Positions 34,439 through 45,040 of a stretch of 64,000 nt of DNA are shown piece by piece; position 1 is the first letter of the stretch; each line of letters starts with the position of its first letter. The position numbers and the translations under genes are program-made. Location of the stretch: positions 65,763-129,762 of the forward strand of contig CAVUQH010000024.1 of NCBI GenBank assembly GCA_963743525.1. Direction: 5' to 3'. The DNA comes from an uncultured delta proteobacterium. Lineage in GTDB: Bacteria; Myxococcota_A; Polyangia; Haliangiales; Haliangiaceae. Below the pieces are notes generated by a model that was given only the letters and a program-made list of their open reading frames with translations, made no database searches and was not told where the DNA came from.

Positions 34439-37400
34439 ATGGGGGAGCCGCCGGGCAAGGGTGGGGGTAGCGGGAAGCAGCCGACCACGACGGCGATCGA
34501 CGCCGGCAGCGCACCCACCCTCCCCGGCACCATGCCGACCGAGCCCGGCAGCGAACCCACCATCCCCGGCACCATGCCGACCGAGCCCGGCAGCGCGACC
34601 ACCATCGCCAGTGTCGAGTCCGAGCTGCAGAGCCGACCGCGCCGGCGCAGGTCGCGACCGGCAAGCAACTATCGACGCGGCGACCACATCGATCGCTTCG
34701 TCGTACTCGAGGTGCTCGGCGCCGGCGGCATGGCGGTCGTGCTCTCGGCCTACGATCCGAGCCTGGATCGCCGCGTCGCGATCAAGCTCATGCGCTCCGA
34801 GCTGTGGCGCGCTGCCGGCGTGCGCGGACGTGATCGACTGTTGCGCGAAGCACAGGCGATGGCACGGCTGTCCCATCCGAACGTGGTCACCGTGCACGAG
34901 GTCGGCGCGATCGGCGACGAGGTGTTCATCGCGATGGAGCACGTCGGCGACCGGACGCTGCGCGACCGCATCCGCGAGCTTCGCAGCGCATCACCGTTTT
35001 CCTGGCGGGCCATCGTCGAGCCGTTCTTGCAGGCCGGCCGCGGCCTCGCCGCCGCGCATGACGCCGGCCTGGTGCATCGCGACTTCAAGGCCGAGAACGT
35101 GTTGGTGGGCGACGATGGCCGCGTTCGGGTAACCGACTTCGGTCTCGTGAGCACCGCAGGCGCCGCCGACTCGTCCGGCGACGAGCTCGCCAGCCACGAC
35201 GACCTCGCCGACCTGGCCACGCCCACACCGATCCCGATGTCCGCGACGATCACGCGGACCGGCGCTCTCCTGGGAACTCCGGCGTACATGGCGCCAGAGC
35301 AGACCCGCCACGGCACCGTCAACGGCCGCACCGACCAGTTCTCCTTCTGCGTATCGCTGTGGGAGGCGCTCTACGGCGAGCGGCCGTTCGCCGGGTCGCG
35401 TGTTGGCGAGGTGCGCGAGGAGATCGCCGCCGGGCGTCTCCGCGAGCCACCGACCGAGGCGCGCAGCAAAGTACCGCCGTGGATTCACGAAGCGCTGCTG
35501 CGAGGGCTCTCGCACGATCCGGGTCAGCGCTGGCCGACGATGAACGCGCTGCTCGCGCGCCTGGCGAGCGATCCCGATGCCGCGCGCCGCCAGCGGCGGC
35601 TGGCGCTCCTCGTCGGAGCCGTAATCGTCGCGCTGGCCGCCAGCGTGGTGGTCGCCATCGCACGACGACCGGGCGTCACCGCGCCGGTGTGTGGTGGCGC
35701 GAACGAGGAGATTGCCGCGGTCTGGAACGACACGATCAGGCATCAGATCGGCGAACGATTCGAACGAACGGGTCGCTCCTATGCCGCGGCTACGTTCGAC
35801 CGTGCCGCCCGGCGACTCGACGCATACGCAGATGACTGGGTACGAATGCGCACCGAGGCGTGCAAGGCAACCAACGTGCATCACCGGCAATCGGAGACCG
35901 TGCTCGATCTTCGCATGCGTTGCCTGGATCGCCGTCGGGCGGCACTGGCCGCTACCACCGAGTTGTGGGCGAGCGACGCTTCCGGCCAGACCGTCGATCG
36001 GGCCCTCGATTCACTCGCAGCGCTGCCCGCGCTCGACCGCTGCGCCGATCTGGACGCCTTGACCGCCGCAGTGCCGCCGCCAGAGTCGCCGAAGGCGCAG
36101 CGAACCGCCGAGGATCTGGCGAAGCAGCTCGATCACCTCGATGCCCTCGCCGGTGCGGGTCGGTTCGCCGACGCCTTGCCGGCGGCCAGGGACGTGTCGG
36201 CGCGCGCTCGTCGGCTCGGCTACGCCCCGGTGCTGGCGCGCGCGCTTTACGTCGCGGGCACGCTCGAACACGAGCTCGGTGACGACAAAGCGGCCGAGAC
36301 GACGTTGCGCGAGGCAATCGAGGTCGCGGCGGAGGCACGCGACGACGATCGCGCGGCGCACGCGTGGATCGCGCTCGGGTCGGCGCTGTCCGGTCAAGGG
36401 CGAGACGAAGATGCGCTCGCGCAGCGCACCGGAATGCAGGCGTTCGTGACGCGCGCCGGTGGCAACGAGCTGCTCCGTGCGGCGATGTGGAGCCAGCTCG
36501 GGACCACGGCGTGGAACCTCGGCCGCTACCGCGAGGCCCAGGCTCTCCACGAGCGCGCGCTCTCCGCGCGCGAGAAGTCGCTCGGCGCGAACGCCCCGGA
36601 GGTGGCCGAGTCCCTCGAGGCGCTCGGCAACGTGTTCGCCGACGAGGGTCGCTACGACGACGCGCGCACGCGACTCGAACGCGCGGTGGCGATCCGCGAG
36701 CAAGCGCTGGGCCCGCGCCACCCGAGAACCGCGAGTGCGCGCAACGACCTCGGCATGCTGCTTCGCGACCTCGGCAAGCCCCGCGAGGCCCTGGCGAACT
36801 TCCAGCTCGCGCTCGCGGTGTACGAAGAGATGCTCGGCACCGAGCACGCCGACGTCGGTCGGATCCTGAACAACATCGGCCTGGCCTATTCGGACATGAA
36901 CGACAATGCCGCCGCCGAGCCGGTGTTCCGGCGAGCCCTCGCGATCAAGGAGAAGGCCCTCGGCCCGACCCATCCGAGCACCGCCCTCACGCTCGGCAAC
37001 CTCGGCGCGGTCCTCGTCGAGAGCGGCAAGGCGGCCGAGGCGCTTCCGCTGCTCGAACGGGTCCTCGAGATCCAGCGCACGTCTCTCGCACCGGATCACC
37101 CGAACCTGGCCCTGGCCCACCACACGCTCGGTGCAGCGCTGCGGCTCGATGGCAAATGCCAGCAGGCGATCCCGCACTTCCTCACCGCGAAGAAGATCTG
37201 GGAGACCAAGCTCGGCAAGGATCATCTCCAGACCTCCAGCGCATACTTCGACCTCGGCGTCTGCGATACGGATCTCGGTCACCCGCTGAAGGCGCTGCCA
37301 CTGCTCGAGCGAGCACTCGCCATTCGTGACAAGGCCGGTCGCGCCGGAGCTGCGGCCGAAGCCCGGTGGCAGATCGGACGCGCGCTGTGGGAGTCGGGCA

Positions 37401-37528
37401 AGGATCGCGCACGCGGGCTCGGCCTCGTCCGCGAGGCGCGCATCAAGCTCGCCGGGCTCCGTCAAGCCCGTGAGATCGATGCCTGGCTCGCCGCGCACGA
37501 GCTGCTGGCTCGCAGCATGGCGCGGTGA
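34439..37528 (+). CDS. Ser/Thr protein kinase with Pro/Thr-rich N-terminal extension, one TM segment and extensive C-terminal TPR repeats
   Basis: LGAGGMAVVLSAYD...AIKLM...HRDFKAENVLV...DFGL...GTPAYMAPEQ; TM LALLVGAVIVALAASVVVAIA; many TPR-like units. 1029 aa. Confidence 0.9.
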   Translation: MGEPPGKGGGSGKQPTTTAIDAGSAPTLPGTMPTEPGSEPTIPGTMPTEPGSATTIASVESELQSRPRRRRSRPASNYRRGDHIDRFVVLEVLGAGGMAVVLSAYDPSLDRRVAIKLMRSELWRAAGVRGRDRLLREAQAMARLSHPNVVTVHEVGAIGDEVFIAMEHVGDRTLRDRIRELRSASPFSWRAIVEPFLQAGRGLAAAHDAGLVHRDFKAENVLVGDDGRVRVTDFGLVSTAGAADSSGDELASHDDLADLATPTPIPMSATITRTGALLGTPAYMAPEQTRHGTVNGRTDQFSFCVSLWEALYGERPFAGSRVGEVREEIAAGRLREPPTEARSKVPPWIHEALLRGLSHDPGQRWPTMNALLARLASDPDAARRQRRLALLVGAVIVALAASVVVAIARRPGVTAPVCGGANEEIAAVWNDTIRHQIGERFERTGRSYAAATFDRAARRLDAYADDWVRMRTEACKATNVHHRQSETVLDLRMRCLDRRRAALAATTELWASDASGQTVDRALDSLAALPALDRCADLDALTAAVPPPESPKAQRTAEDLAKQLDHLDALAGAGRFADALPAARDVSARARRLGYAPVLARALYVAGTLEHELGDDKAAETTLREAIEVAAEARDDDRAAHAWIALGSALSGQGRDEDALAQRTGMQAFVTRAGGNELLRAAMWSQLGTTAWNLGRYREAQALHERALSAREKSLGANAPEVAESLEALGNVFADEGRYDDARTRLERAVAIREQALGPRHPRTASARNDLGMLLRDLGKPREALANFQLALAVYEEMLGTEHADVGRILNNIGLAYSDMNDNAAAEPVFRRALAIKEKALGPTHPSTALTLGNLGAVLVESGKAAEALPLLERVLEIQRTSLAPDHPNLALAHHTLGAALRLDGKCQQAIPHFLTAKKIWETKLGKDHLQTSSAYFDLGVCDTDLGHPLKALPLLERALAIRDKAGRAGAAAEARWQIGRALWESGKDRARGLGLVREARIKLAGLRQAREIDAWLAAHELLARSMAR

Positions 37529-37595
37529 CCGCTACGCATCGATTGTCAGCGCCGGAGAGCCATGTGCCGTGGGCTCCCGGTGTACTTTCGGATCC

Positions 37596-38478
37596 GTGGG
37601 ACTCGTCGCAACTGCCGTTCGACTCGCCTCGCTGACCGCCGCGCTGCTGGTCGGCTGCGGTCCGTCGGCGGTCATGGGCGATGGCACCGGAGGCGGCGCC
37701 GACGCCAACCAGGGCAGCCCCGATGCCCGACCGGGCGGACCCGACGGGACGCCGGATGCGTTCACCATCTACGCCCACAGCGACCACGTCCTCTACCGCG
37801 TCGATCTGGTCAACAAGACCCTGCAGACCGTCGGGCCGTTCGACGCGCCGCAGGTCCCCGTCGGCAACAGCACCGCCGAGGACGTGATCACCGACCTCGC
37901 GGTCGGCCCCGACAACACCATCTGGGTCATCTCGGAGACCTCGCTGTACACCGCCGACCCCAACGACGGGCACGTCACCAGCGTCGGCTCGCTGTCCGAA
38001 TGCGGCACCAAGACCGTCGCGCTCACCGCGACCCCCGACGGCGAGATCTACGCCGGCGACTACAACGGTGCGATCTGCAAGATCGACATCACCCGGTCGC
38101 CGCCCGTCGTCGAGGCGCCGGTGACGATGAGCGGCAACCTGGCCCTGTCAGGTGACATGGTCGCGGTCGGCGACGGCACCGTCTACGGCACCGCCTATGC
38201 TGCTCGGGACCTCGGGCCAGCCCGATCTCCTGGTCACCATCGACCTGGCCACCGGCGCGACCCAGCAGGTCGGCTCGAGCGGCTTCCCCAAGCTGTTCGG
38301 CGCCTCGTTCGGTCTGGGCAAGGTCTTCGCCTTCACCCACGACGGCACCGGCGACGTGGTGACCATCGACCGCACCAGCGGCATCGGCACCCGGTACGCG
38401 ACGTTCACCGATCCCAGTACCGGCAACGGCATCCGCTTCGCCGGCGCAGGCGTGAACGCGACCATCGTCGTGAACTGA
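37596..38478 (+). CDS. Lipoprotein with beta-propeller-like repeats; needs a +1 frameshift near ~38205, so pseudogene or sequence error
   Basis: GTG start reads (M)GLVATAVRLASLTAALLVGCGPS (lipobox LVGC). The frame runs to ...AVGDGTVYGTAYA then becomes nonsense. ORF 38152..38478 continues sensibly: MLLGTSGQPDLLVTIDLATGATQQVGSSGF...NATIVVN*. Confidence 0.55.
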
Positions 38479-38535
38479 CCCGGCGAGCATGCAGACGAAC
38501 TACCTCTGCCGATTGCCGGGGCGCTCGTACCGAGA

Positions 38536-39180
38536 CTAGCTCTGGTCGGCGGTCAGGGACTGCAGCGCCGCGACGTAGGCCGCGGTGTCGAACGGGCGCT
38601 CGGTGGCCACGGCCGCGCCCATTTCCCGCATCAGCACCACGGCGATCCAGTGGATGGCCTGGCCGCGGCTGACGCCCTCGGCCATGAGCCGGTCGGCGGT
38701 CTGGCCGGCTTCGGGTGGGTCGCCCTCGCGGATCTGCAGCTCCACCGCCTCGTACATGGAGGCGTACATCCGCTCGACGTGGGGCGGCACCGCCTGGTCG
38801 GCGGCCAGCATGCTCTCGGCGTCGGTTGTGATCTCCACCGCCGACACCGCGGCGTCGCACAGCTCGGAGGCGCGCTGATCGAAGCCGACGTCGATCGCGG
38901 GGCCGTCGCCGATCAGCGCGCGCAGCTGCGCGGCGTGGGTGGCGTCCTCCAGATTCAGTCGGTCGGGCGGGTGGCCGCGGCGGGCGACTGCGGCCAGGTA
39001 CATCCGCCCGAGCTCGCCGACACCGTCGGCCGCGGCGGCGGTCCCGACCTCGGCGAGCCACTCGTCGCGGCGGCGCACCCAGGCCAGGGCCAGGCGACCA
39101 CCGCCGGGCAGGGGGCGGACGATGCCGATCCAGGTCTCGCGGGGTTGCTCCGGGTCGAGGGTCATGGGGTCGCCGCCCAA
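38536..39180 (-). CDS. Hypothetical cytoplasmic protein
   Basis: ORF track, 214 aa, no recognisable motif; codon usage looks coding. Confidence 0.5.
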   Translation of the reverse strand: MGGDPMTLDPEQPRETWIGIVRPLPGGGRLALAWVRRRDEWLAEVGTAAAADGVGELGRMYLAAVARRGHPPDRLNLEDATHAAQLRALIGDGPAIDVGFDQRASELCDAAVSAVEITTDAESMLAADQAVPPHVERMYASMYEAVELQIREGDPPEAGQTADRLMAEGVSRGQAIHWIAVVLMREMGAAVATERPFDTAAYVAALQSLTADQS

Positions 39181-39302
39181 GCCTACGATACCCGGCAGAC
39201 GCAGCCAATCGCCCGCGTCTTACCCGAGACAGACGAAGTAAGAGACGCGGTGAATCCGGTTGTTACGGTTCGCCCGCGCCAGGCCGCAGAGATGGGAGCC
39301 CC

Positions 39303-40871
39303 GTGAACAGGATCGCCAAGCTAGCAGGATTCGTCGTCATCGCGTGCGCCCTCGGATGCGGCCCCGGTCGCAACCAGAACGGCCCGTGCGGCCAGAGCGC
39401 CGACTGCGATGGCGGCGGCACTCCCGGCACCGACGCCCGGCCCGGCACCGACGCCCGGCCCGGCTCCGACGCCCGTCCCGGCACCGCCGACGCGGGCTCC
39501 ACCGACGGGGGCAACGGCTGTCCGGCGCTGGCGGTGGTCGAGGACTCGCCGCTGCCGGTGGAGGACGCGGCCAACGCGCTGGAGTCGACCACGACCAACG
39601 GCTTCGCCGACGACTATGTCTACAACGAGGCCGGCACGCTGAAGATCGGCACGCGCCGCGACTGGGGCGGCACCATCATCTTCTTCGGCATGGACAACGG
39701 CTCGCCCGGGCTCAACAACACCAACGCCATCGACTCGAACGACACGGGGCGCGAGGTCCAGGTCGCGTTCTACGACGTCAACCGCTGGTATCAAAACTGC
39801 GCGTGGAACGCGTCGTGCAACGCCAACCCGTCGCCCACGCAGTGTCCGCAGGAGATGACCTATCTGGGCTGGAACCCGGTCCAGGGCGGCAACCGCTGCA
39901 ACAACGGCTCGGGCATCGACAGCGTGGTGATGAGTGACGGCGCCATCGACGTGACCACCACGCCGCTGTTCTGGAATCCCAACTGGGATCGCACCGACTG
40001 CGACTCGAACGCCTGCAGCAACTCGGCGGTCAACGAGCGGCGCTCCGATGTCGAGGTCAACCAGCGGGTCCGCTTCGTCCGGCCCAACGTCGTCGAGCTG
40101 GCCTACGTCATCACCAACGAGGCCAACCTCGCCCACGCCGCGTCGGCCCACGAGTTCCCCACCGTCTACACCTCGTTCGGCAAGAACGGCACGCCCGACC
40201 TGTACCGGCTGTTCGACTCCAACGAGCACGAGGTCGCGATCGACCAGACGCCGCCCAACGACACCGCGTTCCGCTACAAGAACTTCACCAGTCCGGGCGG
40301 CTGGGTGTCGCTGCAGAACGGCAACCTCGACTACGGCGTCGGCCTCTACTACGAGAGCGGCATGAGCGGGTTCCAGGCCTGGCAGGCCGACAACCCGAAC
40401 TTCAACAACTTCCGCGGGCTGTTCTCGTTCGCCATTCCGGCCTTCGGCCAGGTGCGCGCGCGCTCGTACCTCATCCTCGGCTCCCTCGGCACCATCGCGG
40501 CCGAGGCCCAGTGGCTGGCCGACCATCTGGCTCCCTTCGGCAGCCTCGACGCGCCGACCGCCGACACCGGCGTGTCGGGGACGGTCTCGGTCTACGGCTG
40601 GGCGATGGACAACCGGTCGGTGTCCAGGGTGGAGCTGATCATCGACGGCGGCGCCCCGGTGCAGCTCACCTACGGCGGCAGCCGGCCCGACGTCTGCAAG
40701 GTCTGGCCCGGCTACCCGGCCTGCGCTCACAACAACGTCGGCTACAACGGCAGCTTCGACGCCGCGAGCCTGGCGCCCGACGCGTGCGGCCACATCCTCG
40801 AGATCCGCGCCACCGACGGCGACGGCAACGCCCGCGTCATCGCTCGCCGCCGCGTGTTCCTGGCCAACTAA
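39303..40871 (+). CDS. Large secreted lipoprotein, unknown function (Asn/Asp-rich; repeated DARPGT near the N-terminus)
   Basis: MNRIAKLAGFVVIACALGCGPG (lipobox ALGC); 522 aa; TDARPGTDARPGSDARPGT repeat. Confidence 0.7.
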   Translation: MNRIAKLAGFVVIACALGCGPGRNQNGPCGQSADCDGGGTPGTDARPGTDARPGSDARPGTADAGSTDGGNGCPALAVVEDSPLPVEDAANALESTTTNGFADDYVYNEAGTLKIGTRRDWGGTIIFFGMDNGSPGLNNTNAIDSNDTGREVQVAFYDVNRWYQNCAWNASCNANPSPTQCPQEMTYLGWNPVQGGNRCNNGSGIDSVVMSDGAIDVTTTPLFWNPNWDRTDCDSNACSNSAVNERRSDVEVNQRVRFVRPNVVELAYVITNEANLAHAASAHEFPTVYTSFGKNGTPDLYRLFDSNEHEVAIDQTPPNDTAFRYKNFTSPGGWVSLQNGNLDYGVGLYYESGMSGFQAWQADNPNFNNFRGLFSFAIPAFGQVRARSYLILGSLGTIAAEAQWLADHLAPFGSLDAPTADTGVSGTVSVYGWAMDNRSVSRVELIIDGGAPVQLTYGGSRPDVCKVWPGYPACAHNNVGYNGSFDAASLAPDACGHILEIRATDGDGNARVIARRRVFLAN

Positions 40872-41247
40872 CTGCACGGGTTGCGGCCGCCGACAGCGCG
40901 GTGAGGCCGAGGTCGTAGACCAGCGCCGCGACGGCGAACGCCACCAGCGGCCACGGCATGATCAGCACCGCCAGCGCGCTCAGCCCGGCGCACACGGTCG
41001 CCGCCCGCAGCGCCCGTGCCGGCGGTGCCGCCCGCGCTATCGCGAGCCCGAGCAGCGTGCACGGGATCAGGCTGATCACGAACCCGACCATGACCGCGCT
41101 GAACGCGATGCCCTCGCCGACCCGGCCGGCCGCCGACGCGCTGTCGGCGGCGCTGGTGTGCAGGCCGGCGGCGAACAACACCACCACCGCGACACCGATC
41201 GCGACCGCGAGCCGGACCCGCAGCAGCAGCTCGAGGGCGGCGGTCAT
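40837..41247 (-). CDS. Small integral membrane protein (4 predicted TM helices)
   Basis: MTAALELLLRVRLAVAIGVAVVVLFAAGL...; ATG at 41245-41247. Overlaps the convergent lipoprotein gene by ~35 nt. Confidence 0.4.
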   Translation of the reverse strand: MTAALELLLRVRLAVAIGVAVVVLFAAGLHTSAADSASAAGRVGEGIAFSAVMVGFVISLIPCTLLGLAIARAAPPARALRAATVCAGLSALAVLIMPWPLVAFAVAALVYDLGLTALSAAATRAVSWPGTRGGER

Positions 41248-41546
41248 CGCCGTGGTATCGAGCAATCGACGTGCCAGCCGCGGTCCGCCGGCAACCCCGC
41301 GTTTCGCGGTCACCACGAGTGTGGCGCCGGTGTGACGTGGGCCGGTGCGGCACACCTGATGTGTACGGCCGGCTCCGCGCCGGCGGGCGCCACGAGTGCT
41401 ACCCTCGCCGCCGTCAAAGGACGAGATGACGGCCACACCCACGACCCCGGTGGTCGCGTGATCCGCAGCTCGGACGCGACCAACCGGCAGTGGTGATGCC
41501 GGCAAACAGGGCGGATCGTTTGCCGGCGCCGGGCGTTGATAGGTGG

Positions 41547-42467
41547 ATGGCCACCCGTGCGACCGCGACCGGATCACTGCTGGCGTTGTGTGTGGCGGCG
41601 TGCTCGTCGCCGCCGGCCGGCCCGAGCGCGACCCGGGAGCCCGATAGCGCGGAGGCCGGCGCCGCCCACGCCGCGGCCGCGGATGACTGGTACACGGTCG
41701 GCGAAAACCAACAGCTGGCCGTGCGGGTCGAGCGGCGGCTCTACCAGCAGGCCGGCAACCCGCACTTCCTGGTCCGCGTGCGGGTGGACAACCACAGCGC
41801 GCACCGGCTCGGTGTCGATCTGCGCGACTACTGGGCCGTCGTCTACCCCAACCAGTGGGGCCCGCTGCGCGAGGATCACCGCTCGGTCATCGACGAGATG
41901 CGGGCCCGCCCGAAGCTCCTCGACGCGGCCCGCTGCGCCGATCTGCGCCAGGCGTTCGGGTCCGGCGATCTCGCCGCCGTGCCCGCCGCCGGCTCGATCG
42001 AGTACTACCGCGAGTTCAACGCCTCGGGCAAAGCCGACGTCAACGCCCAGGCGACCGACCGATACCTGTTCGTCAGCCTGGCCGGCCAGGCCCTGTACAC
42101 CGACGGCACGCGCTGCAGCCAGCTGGCGGCCGGCGATCCGGGCGGCTCGGATCTCGTCATGACGACGCCGGTGCCGTGGGGCCAGGTGCCGGCGAGCGCG
42201 CTGGTCGTCGACGAGGCACAATCCCACGAGATCGCCCGCTCCGTCGCCGGCCAGGCCATGGTCAACCTGGCCGGCAAGAGCGCAGGTCTGACGCCGGGCG
42301 ACGATCGGCAGTGCACCGCCACCCCCGACCACCCGCACTTCTGGAGCTATCGCCCCGCGCAGGCAGTGAACGAGGTGGTCACGAAGCTGAAGTCGCTGTG
42401 CATCGCGATCGGCCCGCACCGGGGGATGAACATCGCCCGCTGGTGCTGCCCGCCCGCGCTGCCCTGA
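41547..42467 (+). CDS. Lipoprotein, unknown function
   Basis: MATRATATGSLLALCVAACSSPP (lipobox VAAC), 306 aa. Confidence 0.6.
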   Translation: MATRATATGSLLALCVAACSSPPAGPSATREPDSAEAGAAHAAAADDWYTVGENQQLAVRVERRLYQQAGNPHFLVRVRVDNHSAHRLGVDLRDYWAVVYPNQWGPLREDHRSVIDEMRARPKLLDAARCADLRQAFGSGDLAAVPAAGSIEYYREFNASGKADVNAQATDRYLFVSLAGQALYTDGTRCSQLAAGDPGGSDLVMTTPVPWGQVPASALVVDEAQSHEIARSVAGQAMVNLAGKSAGLTPGDDRQCTATPDHPHFWSYRPAQAVNEVVTKLKSLCIAIGPHRGMNIARWCCPPALP

Positions 42468-42519
42468 AGCGCGGACGAGAGCCGGCGTCGGTCGTAGAGG
42501 TCGGGCCGGACGACCAATG

Positions 42520-43263
42520 CTAGGGACAAACGTTGCACCCGGCGATGGAACTGTCACATCCAGTGGCCACGTCGCAGCCGCTGGGGCAGGTGACGAAGCC
42601 GGGCGGGTTGGGACAGCTCGCGGCCGGATCGCAGGTGACGTCGCACGCGCACGCGCTGCCGCAGTTGACGCCGCCGGAGCACGAGTTGCTGCCGGTGCAG
42701 GTGATCGAGCAGTCGGTGGTGCAGCTGGTGGTGAACATGCACGACGTGTCTCCCGAGCAGGTGACCTGACAGCTGGGAGCCGAGTTGCATGTCAAGCCAC
42801 CACACGACATGTAGCCACCACAGGTGACCGAGCACGGGCCGGCGTTGCACTCGACGCCGAAGAAGCAGCTTCGGTCGCCCAGGCACTGGACGTCGCACGA
42901 CGAAGCGCCGGAGCAGTCGACGTTGCTGGGGCAATCATCGGCGTTGAGGCATTCGACGCGGCAAGGGATGCTGTTGGGGCAGCGGATGACGCCCGCCTGA
43001 TTGGAGCCGATGATCGTGCACACCCCGCCCGGGCAACCGCCGTTGCACTCCGGCGGGCACGGACCGGCGTCAGACGGATCAGCGTCGACGGGGCTTCCGC
43101 CGTCGCCACCAGCGCCGCCGTCGCCTCCGGTCACAGCCCGCGCGTCGATGGTGCCGTTGCCGCCGCCGTCGTCGCGGCCACCGGAGGTCGGGTCGTAGCC
43201 GAACCGGCCACAGGCGGCCAGCGTCAGGCAGGCGATGGCGAGGACTGGGAGCCGAACGATCAC
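42520..43263 (-). CDS. Cysteine-rich lipoprotein (many CxxxC/CxC motifs)
   Basis: GTG start overlaps the upstream TGA (GTGA): (M)IVRLPVLAIACLTLAACG, then CPPECNGGCPGGVCTIIG...CSVTCGGYMSCGGLTCNSAPSCQVTCSGDTSC... Confidence 0.65.
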   Translation of the reverse strand: MIVRLPVLAIACLTLAACGRFGYDPTSGGRDDGGGNGTIDARAVTGGDGGAGGDGGSPVDADPSDAGPCPPECNGGCPGGVCTIIGSNQAGVIRCPNSIPCRVECLNADDCPSNVDCSGASSCDVQCLGDRSCFFGVECNAGPCSVTCGGYMSCGGLTCNSAPSCQVTCSGDTSCMFTTSCTTDCSITCTGSNSCSGGVNCGSACACDVTCDPAASCPNPPGFVTCPSGCDVATGCDSSIAGCNVCP

Positions 43264-43604
43264 GGTTGCTTCACGCGAATCGGGATGCGGAAGGTCAGCG
43301 GCGAGGCCTGGTGGCCAAACGTGGTACCGCGGGCGACTGCGAGCAGGCATTCGCCCAGCTGCTGGTGCTCGGCATCGGCGGGCACCAGCTCGGCGGCGGT
43401 CACGGCGCCGCCGGCATCGACGTGGAAGCGGATGGCCAGCTCTTTGGCGGCAGCGGCGGCCGCGGGGTAGCGGTCGAAGCAGCGGGTGACCAGCGCGTGG
43501 CGGCTGCGGAAACGCGCCGTGAGGCTCTCGGCGGTGGTCGTCTTGTGCGGCGTGGTCGCCGGCGGCGACGGCGATGCGGGCGCGGGGTCAGGCGACTCGT
43601 TCAA
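43260..43604 (-). CDS. Small Pro/Ser/Thr-rich protein with TonB-C-terminal-like segment
   Basis: TTG start overlaps the kinase stop (TTGA). ...AAKELAIRFHVDAGGAVTAAELVPADAEHQQLGECLLAVARGTTF resembles the TonB_C fold pattern. Confidence 0.4.
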   Translation of the reverse strand: MNESPDPAPASPSPPATTPHKTTTAESLTARFRSRHALVTRCFDRYPAAAAAAKELAIRFHVDAGGAVTAAELVPADAEHQQLGECLLAVARGTTFGHQASPLTFRIPIRVKQP

Positions 43605-45040
43605 CGGGTGCGGCCGGGTCGTCCGCAGACGGCGGAGGATCGCCGGCCGGGTTCATGGTCACGTCGCCGCGCACCATCACCACGGTCGGCTCGGCCGTCG
43701 AACTCGCGGCCGAGGTGGGCGCGCGTGATGGCCACGGCGGCGCCACCGGCAATGGCGATGGCGATGGCCAGGGGCCACAGCGACCGGCGCCGCGCTGGCT
43801 GGGTCGCGCCGATCGTCTCGGCCGGCGGGTTCGGCTCGACGACCTCGCGCGCGTCGAGCAGGCGCGTCTCCGCCGTGTGCACCTCGGCCGGCGCCGGATC
43901 GTCCACGCGGGTCGCGCCGGTCGCGTCGGCCAGCTTGCCGCTGCGCAGTGCGTCCTGCAGCTGGGTGTTCTCCAGCTCGCTGGGCGACAGCGGCAGGACG
44001 ATGCGGCGCGGCAACTCGCCCAGATCGCCGTAGCGCGACCACGCGTCTTCGCGCGCCTGCAGGCTGTCGGTGCCGAGGAGATCGGGCAGCCGCGGGTCGT
44101 GGAAGTCGGCCGCGATGTTCTCGCGAAAGCGGTCGTCGGCATCGGCGGCTTCGGGGTAGGCCTCGCCCAGCGCCTCGGCGAACGCCCCCGCGCTGGGATA
44201 GCGTCCCTCCGGGTGCTTGCACAGCCCCTTGTGGATGACGTTGGCCAGGCGGACCGACACGTCGTCGCGCACCGAGCGGATCGGATCGGGATCGTGGCGA
44301 AGCGCGCGCGCCGCGGTCTGCACCGCGTCGGCGGCCGCGAACGGGTTCTTTCCGGCGAGCAGCTGGTAGAGGGCCACCGCCGCGCTGTAGACGTCCGAGG
44401 CTGGCGACGGCGTCGTCTTGCCGAACAGCTCCGGCGCCATGTACGCGAAGGTGCCCTTCAGCGTGGTGTCGCCGGTTGACGTGTCGGTGACCTCGGTGTT
44501 GGTGCGGGCGACGCCGAAGTCGGCCAGCTTGACCAACCCCTGCACGTCGACCAGGACGTTGGACGGCTTGACGTCGCGGTGGACGATGCCCAGCGGCGAG
44601 CCCTGCGAGTCGCGCAGCGTGTGTGCGTAGTGCAGCGCCTCGAGCATTCGCTGCATGACGTAGAGCGCCAGCTCGACCGGCAGGTTGCCGCGCGACTTGC
44701 GCACGAAGCGGCTCCACTGCTGCAACGTGTAGCCGTGCACGTAGTCGAGCACCATCACGTAGTCGCCGTCCTCCTCGGCGAAGTCAACGATGCTGACGAT
44801 GCCCGGGTGGCGCAGGCTGGACAGGATGCGCGCCTCGCGCGCGAACAGCTGATCGGCCAGCTCACCGCCCGCGCGCAGCGAACGCTTGATGACCACCGGC
44901 TTGACGAAGCCGGCGGCGCCCTCGGCGCGGGCCAGGTACACGGTTCCCATGCCGCCAGAGGCCAACGCCCTGACGACTCGGTAGTGGCCCAGCACCATCT
45001 GGCCGAGCTCCTGGGTGTGACCCGCTTTGGCTGCGCTCAT
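43601..45040 (-). CDS. Ser/Thr protein kinase with C-terminal TM segment
   Basis: LGHYRVVRALASGGMGTVYLA...VVIKR...HRDVKPSNVLV...DFGVAR...GTFAYMAPE; TM LWPLAIAIAIAGGAAVAI. Confidence 0.9.
   Translation of the reverse strand: MSAAKAGHTQELGQMVLGHYRVVRALASGGMGTVYLARAEGAAGFVKPVVIKRSLRAGGELADQLFAREARILSSLRHPGIVSIVDFAEEDGDYVMVLDYVHGYTLQQWSRFVRKSRGNLPVELALYVMQRMLEALHYAHTLRDSQGSPLGIVHRDVKPSNVLVDVQGLVKLADFGVARTNTEVTDTSTGDTTLKGTFAYMAPELFGKTTPSPASDVYSAAVALYQLLAGKNPFAAADAVQTAARALRHDPDPIRSVRDDVSVRLANVIHKGLCKHPEGRYPSAGAFAEALGEAYPEAADADDRFRENIAADFHDPRLPDLLGTDSLQAREDAWSRYGDLGELPRRIVLPLSPSELENTQLQDALRSGKLADATGATRVDDPAPAEVHTAETRLLDAREVVEPNPPAETIGATQPARRRSLWPLAIAIAIAGGAAVAITRAHLGREFDGRADRGDGARRRDHEPGRRSSAVCGRPGRTR

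Noticed and set aside
43260-45040. Kinase 43601..45040 and small ORF 43260..43604 as one frameshifted kinase-TM-TonB_C fusion
   Set aside because: The TTGA overlap gives a clean coupled start for the small ORF, so two genes is the simpler reading; fusion cannot be excluded.
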